Below, one piece after another: positions 1 through 10,556 of a DNA stretch of 64,000 bases. The stretch's first letter is position 1; every line of letters begins with the position of its first letter. The notes below the pieces were generated by a model, which had not been told where the DNA came from, searched no databases, and saw only the letters and a list, made by a program, of their open reading frames with translations. Made by a program: the position numbers and the translations under genes. Origin of the DNA: an uncultured archaeon (GTDB taxonomy: Archaea; Asgardarchaeota; Lokiarchaeia; Sigyniarchaeales; SOKP01); NCBI GenBank assembly GCA_964508365.1, contig CAZDTP010000006.1, positions 1-64,000 on the forward strand, given 5' to 3'.

Positions 1-490
1 CTTTACTCGAACTATAAGGATCAGCCCCCCCAAGGCGATCTGTTTCTTTATAACCTTTTCTTTTTTCTCTATTTTGATAACACTTATCTGTGGAAAAATT
101 TATCATTAAGTTGGCGCTTTTAGATTTTCTAAAAGCTTCAAAAATGTTAGTTGTACCTCCCACATTTATATCATAAGTTTCTTTAGGAATACTATAAGAC
201 TTTCTCACAATTGGTTGAGCAGCTAAATGATAGACAATTTCAGGTTTATATCTCTCAAAAGTTTTATTTAAATTGTTATAGTCTCTAATATCTCCTATAA
301 TGCTTGTAATTTTATCTTCAAGATGAGTCATAACATAATTATCATCGGATGTATAAGGAGGTAAAGCATATCCAATAACATTAGCACCTAATTCGTTTAA
401 AAGAATTGCCAACCAAGAGCCGATAAAACCAGTATGTCCCGTTATTAAAACCGTTTTATCTTCAAAATGGGTTATAATTTTATTTTTCAT
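1..490 (-). CDS. rfbG: CDP-glucose 4,6-dehydratase (N-terminal part; runs off the window start)
   Basis: Not in the ORF track. Manual translation from the ATG at 490 gives MKNKIITHFEDKTVLITGHTGFIGSWL...HLAAQPIVRKSY...STDKCY...LGGADPYSSSK. The ATG overlaps the rfbF stop (TAATG). Confidence 0.9.
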   Translation of the reverse strand, partial: MKNKIITHFEDKTVLITGHTGFIGSWLAILLNELGANVIGYALPPYTSDDNYVMTHLEDKITSIIGDIRDYNNLNKTFERYKPEIVYHLAAQPIVRKSYSIPKETYDINVGGTTNIFEAFRKSKSANLMINFSTDKCYQNREKRKGYKETDRLGGADPYSSSK

Positions 491-1263
491 TACCACACTT
501 TCCAAAATGCTTTATTCGTTGACCATAATTTGTTTAAATGATCAACATCTCTTTCATGATCCATACATTCCCAATTTCCCTCATGCTTATAAACCATTAG
601 TTCTCCCATAGTAGTAAGCTTATCGAGAAGATCTTTCTCAAAATCGCAATCCTCATCAGGAGTAAGCATATCCAAGATTGAATTATTAAAAACCATAAAT
701 CCACCATTAATTAAACCCACAGAAGTCTGTGGTTTTTCCATATAACTAACAACTTGTCCATTTTTCTCACCAATTTCACCAAAACGAGCTGAGGCATGAA
801 CCCCGGTAATAGTCATTGTTTTACCACAACTTTTATGAAATTCAACTAATTTATTAATATTTATATCCGCTACACCATCTCCGTAAGTTAACATGTTCAC
901 ATCCGGATCAAGGTATTTTTCAACTCTCTTTATCCTCCCACCTTTTAAAGTGTTTAATCCTGTTTCAATTAAACTAACTTTCCAATTGTCATCTTCATTT
1001 TGATTATGGAATGTTATGTTTCTATTTGAGATTTCGATTGTAAAGTCATTATTTTTTATGTTATAATGGTAAAAATAATCTTTAATAATATCCCCTTTTA
1101 CACCGAGACAGATAATAAAATCATTAAAACCATATGTAGCATAAATTTTCATGATATGCCATAAAATTGGCTTATTACCTATTTTAACCATTGGTTTAGG
1201 AATGACATTGGTTAAATGCCCTAATCTAGTCCCCCACCCTCCAGCAAATATTACAACCTTCAT
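490..1263 (-). CDS. rfbF: Glucose-1-phosphate cytidylyltransferase
   Basis: AGGWGTRL, PKPMVKIG, LTYGDGV, INGGFMV and WECMD motifs; coupled to rfbG. Confidence 0.92.
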   Translation of the reverse strand: MKVVIFAGGWGTRLGHLTNVIPKPMVKIGNKPILWHIMKIYATYGFNDFIICLGVKGDIIKDYFYHYNIKNNDFTIEISNRNITFHNQNEDDNWKVSLIETGLNTLKGGRIKRVEKYLDPDVNMLTYGDGVADININKLVEFHKSCGKTMTITGVHASARFGEIGEKNGQVVSYMEKPQTSVGLINGGFMVFNNSILDMLTPDEDCDFEKDLLDKLTTMGELMVYKHEGNWECMDHERDVDHLNKLWSTNKAFWKVW

Positions 1264-1363
1264 AATATATATTAAATTTACCTCTACTTTATTTTTTTAA
1301 TCAATTAAGTATGTATATCTTTTTACAAAAGTTTTTATAAAAATTTAATAAAACATTAGATTG

Positions 1364-2362
1364 TTATTTTCTATAAGTTTGAAATCGATCTAAATACCTA
1401 TATTCTCTAATCATTAATCGGTGACATCGTCTATGGGTTCGTCGTTTTAAACCTATTAATGATCCCATTAGAAGCGCTCTAATATGTGCAATAAAAAAAT
1501 TATATTTATTCTTAAAAATAGAATAGAGAATTTCAAATATAGTTTTCCTTACTTGATGAATAAGAAAAAATAAAACAATATCAATGAAAGAAAAATGCTT
1601 AAAAGTTAAAATTATCTTATTTCTTGTATACAGATATATTTGAAAGTAATTTCCTCTATACCCTAACCTATTTTCTTTTGTAATTAAATCGATCTTATGA
1701 TATACCCGTGTTTTAGGAAAATAAATTAATTTATATCCAATTGCCTTCGCTCTGTAATTCCAATCAACCTCCTCAGCATACATAAAGAAAATCTCGTCTA
1801 ATAACCCTATTTTTTGAATAACCTCTTTTCTAATAAATAATGCTGCTCCATTAGCATATGATGTTTCCCTTATTTGGTCATATTGACCGTTATCCTTTTG
1901 ACTTATTCCATAATGATAAGTAAAAGATATTGATCTCGGATTTAAATAAGCTCCTGCATACCATATGTAATTAGGTTTCTTATAGTATACGATTTTGGGA
2001 CATAACATTCCAATATCATTATTTAATTCTAAATAACTTATGATAGTATCAAGGAAATCTGGCTCAACTTCTGTATCATTATTTAATAAGCAAATATATT
2101 CTCCTTTAGATTCTTTGATTGCTTTGTTAGTACCTCCAGCAAAATAGAGTTTAATATTACTTCTTATCAATTTGATATTCAGTTTGGATGTAAATTGCTT
2201 AATATCATTTTTTAACTTGATAAAATTAGCATATGTCGATCCATTATCAGTAATTAGTATTTCAAAATTTTGATACTCTACTTTCATCAAGCTTTTCAAA
2301 CAATCGATTGTATATTGATTGTTATTGAAATTTACTAATAAAATCGATACTAACTTGTTCAT
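1364..2362 (-). CDS. GT2 glycosyltransferase (rhamnosyltransferase-like)
   Basis: SILLVNFN start, FAGGTN, LLNNDTEV, GAALFIR and FFMYAEEVDW motifs. Confidence 0.9.
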   Translation of the reverse strand: MNKLVSILLVNFNNNQYTIDCLKSLMKVEYQNFEILITDNGSTYANFIKLKNDIKQFTSKLNIKLIRSNIKLYFAGGTNKAIKESKGEYICLLNNDTEVEPDFLDTIISYLELNNDIGMLCPKIVYYKKPNYIWYAGAYLNPRSISFTYHYGISQKDNGQYDQIRETSYANGAALFIRKEVIQKIGLLDEIFFMYAEEVDWNYRAKAIGYKLIYFPKTRVYHKIDLITKENRLGYRGNYFQIYLYTRNKIILTFKHFSFIDIVLFFLIHQVRKTIFEILYSIFKNKYNFFIAHIRALLMGSLIGLKRRTHRRCHRLMIREYRYLDRFQTYRK

Positions 2363-2450
2363 TTTTATTTTTTTAATCGTTTATTCAATTTCAAGTTTAA
2401 CATTTTTAGATAGAATGAATAGTTTAGGTATTTTATGGTTTTTCAATTCT

Positions 2451-3992
2451 CTAATTATCGTTATAGAATAAGTTTGGATCTTTATTAGAAACTCTTAATG
2501 ATTCTCTTACAATCTTAATTAATTCCTTAATTTGATTAAATTGAATTGCTTTTGTTAAAAAAAGGAATAATGATGTAATTCCAAAATAAAAAACAGTCAA
2601 TAAGGCTAGATTATATAAACTATAATTATGGATATTAAAGTATACGATTAAAAAAAAGGAACAAAATCCAGCTAGTATTGATGAAAATAAAAATTTGATA
2701 AGAGAAAGGCTCATACATGAGTAGAACTGAATATTATTCATTTTCTTAACTTTATTCAAAGTTATTATAATATAAGCAATATGGGGTATTATAATTGCCA
2801 ATATCGCTCCGTAGGTAAAAATAAGTGGAATTAAAATTACACTTAAAATTACTGTGAAAAGCGCTGTGATACCATATAATTTAACGACGAGTTTTGGTTT
2901 ATTTGCTGCCCAAAGAAAATGCCCTCCTAAAATATCTATCATTTTAAAATTTAAATAAAAAATGAATACTTTAATGTAGATAGACGCATTGTAATACGCC
3001 GTCCCAAAAATGCTGATAACAATTTGATCAGAAAACATAAAAATAAAGATGGTAACAGGGATCATTATTAACAAACCATAATAGAATGTTAAATTAAATA
3101 TACTCTGAACATTTTTGCCACCTTCTTCTTTTTTTAGCATGTAATATGAGACATATGGAAAGACTAAATTAGATAATATAATTATAGGTAAGGATACAAT
3201 TTGAATTATTGTAAGAGTAATAGAATATACAGCAAATTCCGAGGGAGTTATAACAAATGCTAAAACAAATTGATTAAAGTTATTAATAATATAGAGAAAA
3301 ACTCCTGGTAAAAACATAAATACTGAAACTTTTAAAATTCGTTGAATAAATTTAAAATCAAACGAAAACATCTTTTTTATGAATTTTAATTTAATCACTA
3401 TAATAAAGAAAATTAGAAAATGTATCATCGACAACAATGCGTATAATGCCAATATTGTTGGAATTGATAAACGGATTATAAAATTTAAAAATATAATCAT
3501 TAGTTTTAATGAATTGAATATAATTTTGGATAATGCATAGTACTCATATAACCAAATGCCTAAAAATACATTCTCAAAATGTAGAATAAGGTTTGAAAAA
3601 AATAAATATATGGAAGCAAAGCTTAGTGCTATTCCTAAATCTGGAATGTTATAAATACTATTAACAAAATTCGACATTATGAACAGAATTAAGGAAGCTA
3701 TTGCCGAAAAGATAAAAATTAATTTAAATCCTTCTGTTACTAACTTTTGGACGCCTTCTTTGTCTTGATCTTTTTTAGCTGCTACAGATTGGATTATTGT
3801 CGATCCTATTCCAAAATTTGCCATAATCATGAAAAATGAAATAAAGGTAAAGGAAAAGCTATAGGAAGCAAACTCAGTCTGAGAGTAAAGATGAGATAAT
3901 ATGTAGATTATAATAACATTAGCACTAAAACCAATTATCTCTGTAATTAATGTTAATACAAAATTTTTTAACGTTCTTCCAGAAATTGACAT
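2451..3992 (-). CDS. Wzx/MurJ-like oligosaccharide flippase
   Basis: About 14 hydrophobic segments, NFGIGST loop, glycan-cluster context. Confidence 0.82.
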   Translation of the reverse strand: MSISGRTLKNFVLTLITEIIGFSANVIIIYILSHLYSQTEFASYSFSFTFISFFMIMANFGIGSTIIQSVAAKKDQDKEGVQKLVTEGFKLIFIFSAIASLILFIMSNFVNSIYNIPDLGIALSFASIYLFFSNLILHFENVFLGIWLYEYYALSKIIFNSLKLMIIFLNFIIRLSIPTILALYALLSMIHFLIFFIIVIKLKFIKKMFSFDFKFIQRILKVSVFMFLPGVFLYIINNFNQFVLAFVITPSEFAVYSITLTIIQIVSLPIIILSNLVFPYVSYYMLKKEEGGKNVQSIFNLTFYYGLLIMIPVTIFIFMFSDQIVISIFGTAYYNASIYIKVFIFYLNFKMIDILGGHFLWAANKPKLVVKLYGITALFTVILSVILIPLIFTYGAILAIIIPHIAYIIITLNKVKKMNNIQFYSCMSLSLIKFLFSSILAGFCSFFLIVYFNIHNYSLYNLALLTVFYFGITSLFLFLTKAIQFNQIKELIKIVRESLRVSNKDPNLFYNDN

Positions 3993-4066
3993 TGCCGAAA
4001 TGAGATTTTAATTTTTATTATAAGGTTAAAATAGTTTTGAAACACTAAAAATTTTTTTTTATTTAA

Positions 4067-5221
4067 TCATGACACTAATATTTTTTTTAAATATTCATGA
4101 TATTGACGAGTAATATTTTCCCAATCATAATTTTTTGCTATTTTTAGGGCATTTTTCTTTAAATCATCCCTTAGACTCTTATTTTGCAGGAGTTGCAAAA
4201 TTTTCAGGGAGAGATCATTATGATCATTTATTTTAAAAGTAAGCCCTCCATTGGAAAGAATAGTTGACATCGGGGGTTTATTCGCACATATAACGGGTGT
4301 GCCACTAGCCATCGCCTCCAATATAACTTGTCCAAAACCTTCCTTTTCTGATGGGAAAACAAAGATATCACTTGATGCAAGAAATTTAAGATAATCATTT
4401 TCATTTACAAATCCCAAAAATGAGGTATGATTTTGAAGTCCTAACGATTTTGCATATTGTTTACTATAATTCCATAAAGGTCCTTCTCCCGTTAATATTA
4501 AATGAGCATCAGGGATTTCCTTTATCACAAGGGCTAGGGCTTTTAATAAAACAGGAATTCTTTTTCTTGGGATCATAATTGCTGAAAAAAGTAAAATATT
4601 ATTTCCATATTTCAGTCTAATTTCTTTTGATTTATTTTTAGGGTTAAATTTTTCATGATCAACACCTATAGGAATTACAATAATATTTTTTTCATTTATT
4701 CCGTAATTCTTTACAATCTCATATTTTGAACTTTCTGAAATTGTAATGATTTTTTTATGATATTTAAACTGCTTTTTTTGAAGATAATGTAATGATGGAT
4801 ATGTAAAATAATCTCTAAAAGATGTCACTTCATCATAATGAAAAAAAATTGAGAAGAGGGGAAGTTTTTTAAGGAGAAAGAATTTTGAAAAAGGTATTAC
4901 CATAACTATAAGGATGGCATCAGAATTCTGATAAAATTGAACACTTTTTTTTCGAAAAAGATTAAATCCAAAAGTGATATAATTTAAATAGAATAGTGAG
5001 CCTATTTTTCCAATAAACATATGAGAATCTAAGAGTCTTAATATAGGGATTCCTCGGTAATTATCATTTTCCTTACCACCATTTCGAAAAGTAGTTAGTA
5101 TTTTAACGTCATTACCCATCTTTTTTAAAGGAAATGCAATATTCTCTACAAATCTCTCAACACCCTGTAGCATACCACGTTTTGGATAAGGGAAGACAGG
5201 AGTTATGATTGTAATTTTCAT
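4067..5221 (-). CDS. GT4 glycosyltransferase (paralog 1)
   Basis: DIFVFPSEKEGFGQVILEAMASGTPVI (EX7E motif). Confidence 0.92.
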   Translation of the reverse strand: MKITIITPVFPYPKRGMLQGVERFVENIAFPLKKMGNDVKILTTFRNGGKENDNYRGIPILRLLDSHMFIGKIGSLFYLNYITFGFNLFRKKSVQFYQNSDAILIVMVIPFSKFFLLKKLPLFSIFFHYDEVTSFRDYFTYPSLHYLQKKQFKYHKKIITISESSKYEIVKNYGINEKNIIVIPIGVDHEKFNPKNKSKEIRLKYGNNILLFSAIMIPRKRIPVLLKALALVIKEIPDAHLILTGEGPLWNYSKQYAKSLGLQNHTSFLGFVNENDYLKFLASSDIFVFPSEKEGFGQVILEAMASGTPVICANKPPMSTILSNGGLTFKINDHNDLSLKILQLLQNKSLRDDLKKNALKIAKNYDWENITRQYHEYLKKILVS

Positions 5222-5382
5222 GCTTTATTTTTAAGATAATGATTATTAATCATTAATTATCGTTATTTAAAATAATTAAGTAATTAATAATTGAATAATT
5301 ATGAAGTACATGGATGCAAAATTAAACTCATTTCTAATAATTAATATAAAGAAATCATAATACTAGGTAAAGTAGATGAGTT

Positions 5383-6837
5383 ATGAAGGTTTTATTTATT
5401 TTTAGCTTACAAAATTACCAATATTCTATTAAACCTCTCCAGAATCAAGAGCAAATTCAATTTGGATTATCTTATTTATCATCTCTTTTAAAATCAAAAG
5501 ATCATTATACAGATTTATTAGTTATTACGAGAGGTATTAAAAAGTCGTTTATTTTTGACTATATAAAACAAATGAACCCAGAAGTCATCGGGTTTACAGC
5601 GGTGGCTACTGAATATGAATTTATATTATCAATTGCAAAATATATTAAATCACAATTCCCTACAATATTTTTAATAATTGGAGGGCCACATACATCTCTC
5701 AATCCTGAAAATGTTATCACAGGCCCTTTCGATGCTCTTTGTATTGGAGAAGGAGAATTTCCAATTTTGGAATTAGTTGAACAATTAAAAACAAGAAAAA
5801 GCCCTTCAAGTATTCAAAATTTATGGATAAAGAAGGAAGGGAAAATTGAAAGAAATCCAATAAGAGAATTCATTCAAAATTTAGATTTTTTACCGTTCCC
5901 CGATAGAAAAATATGGCAAAAATGGATAAGATATCCAGAAACAAGACATGTAATTTTTCTTGGAAGAGGATGTCCATATCAATGCACTTATTGTTGTAAT
6001 CATGTTTTAAAAAAATTAGCCCCAGGAAATTATGTAAGGTTTAGATCTGTTGATAATATTATGAGCGAATTAAAGAAACTTATTATTGAATTTCCAAAGA
6101 CTAAAGAAATTTACTTTGAAATAGAAACCATTGGGATAAATATCAATTTTGCGATTGATTTATGTTTAGAATTAGAAAATTTTAATGAGGTAATCGAACA
6201 TAAGCTATCGTATGGAATCAATCTTAGGATTACTCCAAAAATGAATTTTGAACCTCTTTTTCAAGCCTTAAATCGAGCAAATTTTAGATTTATTAATATT
6301 GGAATAGAATCAGGTAGTGAAAGAATTAGAACGCAAATTTTAAAAAGATATTATTCAAATAAAGACATTATTGATACTGTAAAACTGGCAAAAAATTATG
6401 GTCTTAAAGTTAGCACCTACAATCTAATTGGGATTCCTGAAGAAACTTTCGAAGATTTTGAGAAAACAATAAATTGCAATAGAATTTGTTTACCCGACTG
6501 GACGCAATTATCGATATTTTTCCCTTATCAGGGAACTGAGTTGTATAATGTTTGTAGGGAAAAAGGCTTACTAAAATATAAAATTGATCAGAGAATGGAA
6601 AGACGTAGAGCTATTTTGAATCTGGAAAACTTTTCTAAAAAACAAATTCAAAAAGAATTTGAATGGTTTCATTATAAAGTATATAGAGGGTCTAGACCAA
6701 TATATTTCATTTTATTAAGAGTGTTTTATTCAAAATTAAATTCAAATCCTTCATTTAACAGATTATATCGATTAATTACGAGTTTATCAATTTTTAAACG
6801 AATAGAGTTATTTTTTGATAAATCTAGGGATTTTTAA
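5383..6837 (+). CDS. Cobalamin-binding radical SAM protein (class B methylase-like)
   Basis: N-terminal B12-domain motifs (GGPHTS, CIGEGE), RGCPYQCTYC (CX3CX2C), GIESGS, LIGIPEET. Confidence 0.9.
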   Translation: MKVLFIFSLQNYQYSIKPLQNQEQIQFGLSYLSSLLKSKDHYTDLLVITRGIKKSFIFDYIKQMNPEVIGFTAVATEYEFILSIAKYIKSQFPTIFLIIGGPHTSLNPENVITGPFDALCIGEGEFPILELVEQLKTRKSPSSIQNLWIKKEGKIERNPIREFIQNLDFLPFPDRKIWQKWIRYPETRHVIFLGRGCPYQCTYCCNHVLKKLAPGNYVRFRSVDNIMSELKKLIIEFPKTKEIYFEIETIGININFAIDLCLELENFNEVIEHKLSYGINLRITPKMNFEPLFQALNRANFRFINIGIESGSERIRTQILKRYYSNKDIIDTVKLAKNYGLKVSTYNLIGIPEETFEDFEKTINCNRICLPDWTQLSIFFPYQGTELYNVCREKGLLKYKIDQRMERRRAILNLENFSKKQIQKEFEWFHYKVYRGSRPIYFILLRVFYSKLNSNPSFNRLYRLITSLSIFKRIELFFDKSRDF

Positions 6838-6840
6838 TAA

Positions 6841-8499
6841 TTATTTAATTTCTTTCTTCTCTTTTGATACAGCAAATTTTAATACTCTTCTTATTATTTT
6901 ATGCGATTTCTTATCTTTGTTAAAATATAACGATATTAACTCGAAATCCTGATTAGAAAAAATTTTAAATAACAGATTAGATGCAAGGAAGATTAAAATG
7001 AAAATCAATAATGAAAAGATGTTCAGCGTCTCTAAAAACTGCAAACTTAATGTATTTAAAAAGAGTTGATTAATTCTAGAAAAAACAACATTCTCTAAAA
7101 CAATAGTTAGGATTAATGCTACGAAAAAAGATAAAAACTGTAAAGTAATTTTTCTCTTATTAATTTTCACAGAACCAACCTTTAGACTTAAATAAATATG
7201 AAATAGAATTTCCATTATCCCACTAAAGATTAATGATATTATAGCACCAATAATTCCAAAATAAATTAATCCTATGAAAAATAGAGGCACTCGGAGTAGG
7301 AAAATAATAAGAGTTATAATTGGAAAATATTTTACTTTATTTAGAGCACTAATCAAGGCACCTAATAAGGGTCCTAGACATTTAAAAATTGCTGTAAGAA
7401 GAAAAAATTTAATTAAAAGTGAATATATCAGAAAAGATTCTCCGTAAGCGACTACAAGAAAGAAATCTGTTAAGAAGATTAATATGCCAGTGATAAGTAA
7501 AATAAGAAATAAAGAATACTTGAATGAAATGTTATAAATTTGAATTATTTGATTATCTTCATTCTTTCTATTTAATTCTGAAAACGTTGTAATTAATGGT
7601 AATGAGAAGGATTCAGGAACTTTTGTAGATAGAGAAGAATAATTCATTGAAATAGAATAACCTGTTACCATTAAGGAATATTCAAAGCTACCAATTGCTT
7701 GTATTTGTAATTCCTTCCAAAATTCATTAAAAACGATGCCTATACTTATTGGAGCACCATATTTGGTAGTTCTTAGAATGTATTTCTTAAAAGAGTCTCT
7801 TTCCTTATTGTCAGGTTTAATTTTAATGTAAAGGGGTATAAAAATCATGATACTTATTAAAAAGGGCACTAAAGATGAAATAACGCTGATAAGAGCTAAT
7901 AACTCGATTTGAATGTACCCTATACACAGTAAAAAAAAAAAAAGAGCACTAATTTTACATAAATATTGGATCAGTAAAATAAGAAATATAGTTTTAAACA
8001 TGTGGAAACCTCGATATGTTGACTCAACAATTGAATTCAACCCATTTATTAGAATCAATGGGGATAATATCATCAATATATTTGTATAAGTATTAAGATT
8101 AATAGCAAAAACGGGAGCAAAACATACAAAGACTAAAAGACTAATTAGAAAAATAGGAATAAGAATTACAATTTTTAAGATGATGCTATTTCTGATAAAA
8201 TATTTCAATTGATTTGTTTGATTTGAAGCTATATAGGTTGGGATATAATAATTTAACGAAAAAGACAATGCAGGAGGCAAAAATTCTAATATCAATGAGA
8301 TTATCATAATATAGGAAGAAGCAATAATGAAAAAACCCCATAATTCTTTTGAAATTAATCTTGCCATAAGAAAAGAAGTAAATAATGAGAAAATGTACAA
8401 TCCATAATTATTCAAAAAAGAGTAAAAGGAACTTTTAACTAATATAGCTTGTTCTACTGTAATGTTTTTAGCAGAGTTTTGAATTTCTTCTTTTTTCAT
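6841..8499 (-). CDS. Oligosaccharide flippase family protein (second copy)
   Basis: Multi-pass hydrophobic 552-aa protein with a polysaccharide-biosynthesis-protein layout. Confidence 0.75.
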   Translation of the reverse strand: MKKEEIQNSAKNITVEQAILVKSSFYSFLNNYGLYIFSLFTSFLMARLISKELWGFFIIASSYIMIISLILEFLPPALSFSLNYYIPTYIASNQTNQLKYFIRNSIILKIVILIPIFLISLLVFVCFAPVFAINLNTYTNILMILSPLILINGLNSIVESTYRGFHMFKTIFLILLIQYLCKISALFFFLLCIGYIQIELLALISVISSLVPFLISIMIFIPLYIKIKPDNKERDSFKKYILRTTKYGAPISIGIVFNEFWKELQIQAIGSFEYSLMVTGYSISMNYSSLSTKVPESFSLPLITTFSELNRKNEDNQIIQIYNISFKYSLFLILLITGILIFLTDFFLVVAYGESFLIYSLLIKFFLLTAIFKCLGPLLGALISALNKVKYFPIITLIIFLLRVPLFFIGLIYFGIIGAIISLIFSGIMEILFHIYLSLKVGSVKINKRKITLQFLSFFVALILTIVLENVVFSRINQLFLNTLSLQFLETLNIFSLLIFILIFLASNLLFKIFSNQDFELISLYFNKDKKSHKIIRRVLKFAVSKEKKEIK

Positions 8500-9299
8500 T
8501 GTGCATTAAGTCCATTATATTTTATAATCCCAATCCCACAATTTCCTTGTTCCCAATCCTCAACAAATTCAAAATATTCATAATTATTTTTTATTTCATT
8601 CCAAAACTTATTCACTTCTACATTTTCTTCAGAACATATAACTATATCGTGAAATGCAATTATCCCATTCTTTTTTACCAAGGGAGCATACATTTCAAAA
8701 TCCATCTTTACACCTTCATAAGAATGGTCACCATCTATAAAGAGAATATCAATTCTTTTAGTTTTTAATTTCTTTGTTATTTTTTTAAGAGTTTTAGGGT
8801 TATGTGAATCTTCAGCCAATAACATCATTTTTTGTTTACTTGATGCAAATGCTTTATAAAAGCTTTTTGTCTTATAATTAATTCCTCCAATAAATTGCCC
8901 AACGGGTAAATCTACACTCATTATTAGAGCATTAGGATTGGATAATTGAGAAAGTAAATATAAATTACCTCCATTGGCAGTTCCAATTTCTAATACCACT
9001 TTTGACTGGATGGGAGCTATAGTTCTGCAAAATTCAATAATTTCACTTTTAATTTGTAGCGCAGATAAAACTAGAATAGGAGGTGCTCTTTTTGGAATTG
9101 AATATTTATATGATAATGCTATATTAATATAATCCTCTAAATTTTTACATTTAGCAGTTTCTCTTCTCAGATTTAATCCCGCATAATAGTAAAGTAAGTT
9201 TAAAAAAAAATTCTTTTTAAAGATTTGATCCATTAAACTACTTCTTAGCGATAAATTCTTTATTGTAGCTAATAATTTGTTAAGCATTTTAGTGATCAT
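8496..9299 (-). CDS. Class I SAM-dependent methyltransferase (Methyltransf_24-like, likely glycan O-methyltransferase)
   Basis: LEIGTANGG, LFIDGDHSYEGV and IAFHD motifs. Confidence 0.85.
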   Translation of the reverse strand: MITKMLNKLLATIKNLSLRSSLMDQIFKKNFFLNLLYYYAGLNLRRETAKCKNLEDYINIALSYKYSIPKRAPPILVLSALQIKSEIIEFCRTIAPIQSKVVLEIGTANGGNLYLLSQLSNPNALIMSVDLPVGQFIGGINYKTKSFYKAFASSKQKMMLLAEDSHNPKTLKKITKKLKTKRIDILFIDGDHSYEGVKMDFEMYAPLVKKNGIIAFHDIVICSEENVEVNKFWNEIKNNYEYFEFVEDWEQGNCGIGIIKYNGLNAQ

Positions 9300-9374
9300 A
9301 AAACATCAAATTTTAATTATTGTTAGGGATTTTCTTCATTTACTCTTGATTTAATAATTATTTGTTGGTAAAAA

Positions 9375-10538
9375 TCATTTTTCATTTAGCTTTATAATTT
9401 GATTTATATAATGTTGATAAGTTTTCGCAATATTGGACCATTCATACTTCTTAATAATTTTTATAGTATTGTTTTTGAGATCAGTTAATTTGTGTCTATT
9501 TTTTAATAAATTAATAATTTTTTCAGAAAGATCTTTTGGATCATTTAATTTAAAGGTGATACCACCATCTTCAATAAGATCAGACATCGGAAGTTTATTT
9601 GCACAGATTACAGGAGTTTCACTTGCCATTGCTTCTAATATAACTTGTCCAAATCCTTCCAATTCTGAGGGAAAGACAAATAAATCACTTGATGCATATA
9701 ATTTTGAGAGTTCTTCATCTCGTACAAAACCTAAAAAGGATACATTTTTCTGAATTCCTAAAGCTTTAGCTAATTTCTTGTAATAATCCAATTGCAGTCC
9801 CTCTCCAGTTAAAATAAGATGAATATCTGGAATTTCTTTAATAATATAAGTCATCGATTTTAACAAAATTTGCACTCGTTTTCTTGGCACCATTAATCCC
9901 GAGTAAAGTAAAACCGAATTACCATAAATTTTTCTCAATTCAATTGAACTTTTGGTTAAATTAAAGTTATCAGTATCAACACCGATAGGAATTACTTTAA
10001 TTGATTCCTCTTTAATATTATAATATTTAACTAAATCTATTTTCGAAGAATTCGAGATTGTTATTACATAGCTATTTCTATATTGTTTTTTCTCTAATAA
10101 ATGATAAATTGGATAATATAAAAGCCCTAGTTTATTCTCTCTAGGTACATAGTGGAAAAAAATTGAAACTAGAGGAATTTTTCTTTTATTGAAGAATCTA
10201 GTAAACCCTATAGGAAGGTTTAAAAGAATTACATCAGAATTTTTATAGAAGTTATAATTCTTTTTTCTAAAAAGATTTAGTCCAAAGGTAATGTAATGTA
10301 AAAAAAAAAATGACCCTAGATAGTTGCCGATTATACTTTTTAATTCTAAAATTCTAAGAATCTGTATATTGTTGAAAATCTCATATCTATTTCCTCCATT
10401 CCAAAAGGTTGTTATAATTTTTATATCATTTCCTAATTTTTTTAAGTATAGAGCTAGATTCTCTATAAATCTTTCTGAACCAGGAAACACTCCTCTTTTT
10501 GGATATGGGAATACTGGTGTTATAATAGTTATTTTCAT
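9375..10538 (-). CDS. GT4 glycosyltransferase (paralog 2)
   Basis: DLFVFPSELEGFGQVILEAMAS; N-terminus MKITIITPVFPYPKRG is identical to paralog 1. Confidence 0.92.
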   Translation of the reverse strand: MKITIITPVFPYPKRGVFPGSERFIENLALYLKKLGNDIKIITTFWNGGNRYEIFNNIQILRILELKSIIGNYLGSFFFLHYITFGLNLFRKKNYNFYKNSDVILLNLPIGFTRFFNKRKIPLVSIFFHYVPRENKLGLLYYPIYHLLEKKQYRNSYVITISNSSKIDLVKYYNIKEESIKVIPIGVDTDNFNLTKSSIELRKIYGNSVLLYSGLMVPRKRVQILLKSMTYIIKEIPDIHLILTGEGLQLDYYKKLAKALGIQKNVSFLGFVRDEELSKLYASSDLFVFPSELEGFGQVILEAMASETPVICANKLPMSDLIEDGGITFKLNDPKDLSEKIINLLKNRHKLTDLKNNTIKIIKKYEWSNIAKTYQHYINQIIKLNEK

Positions 10539-10556
10539 TTTTTATTATTAGTTTTT

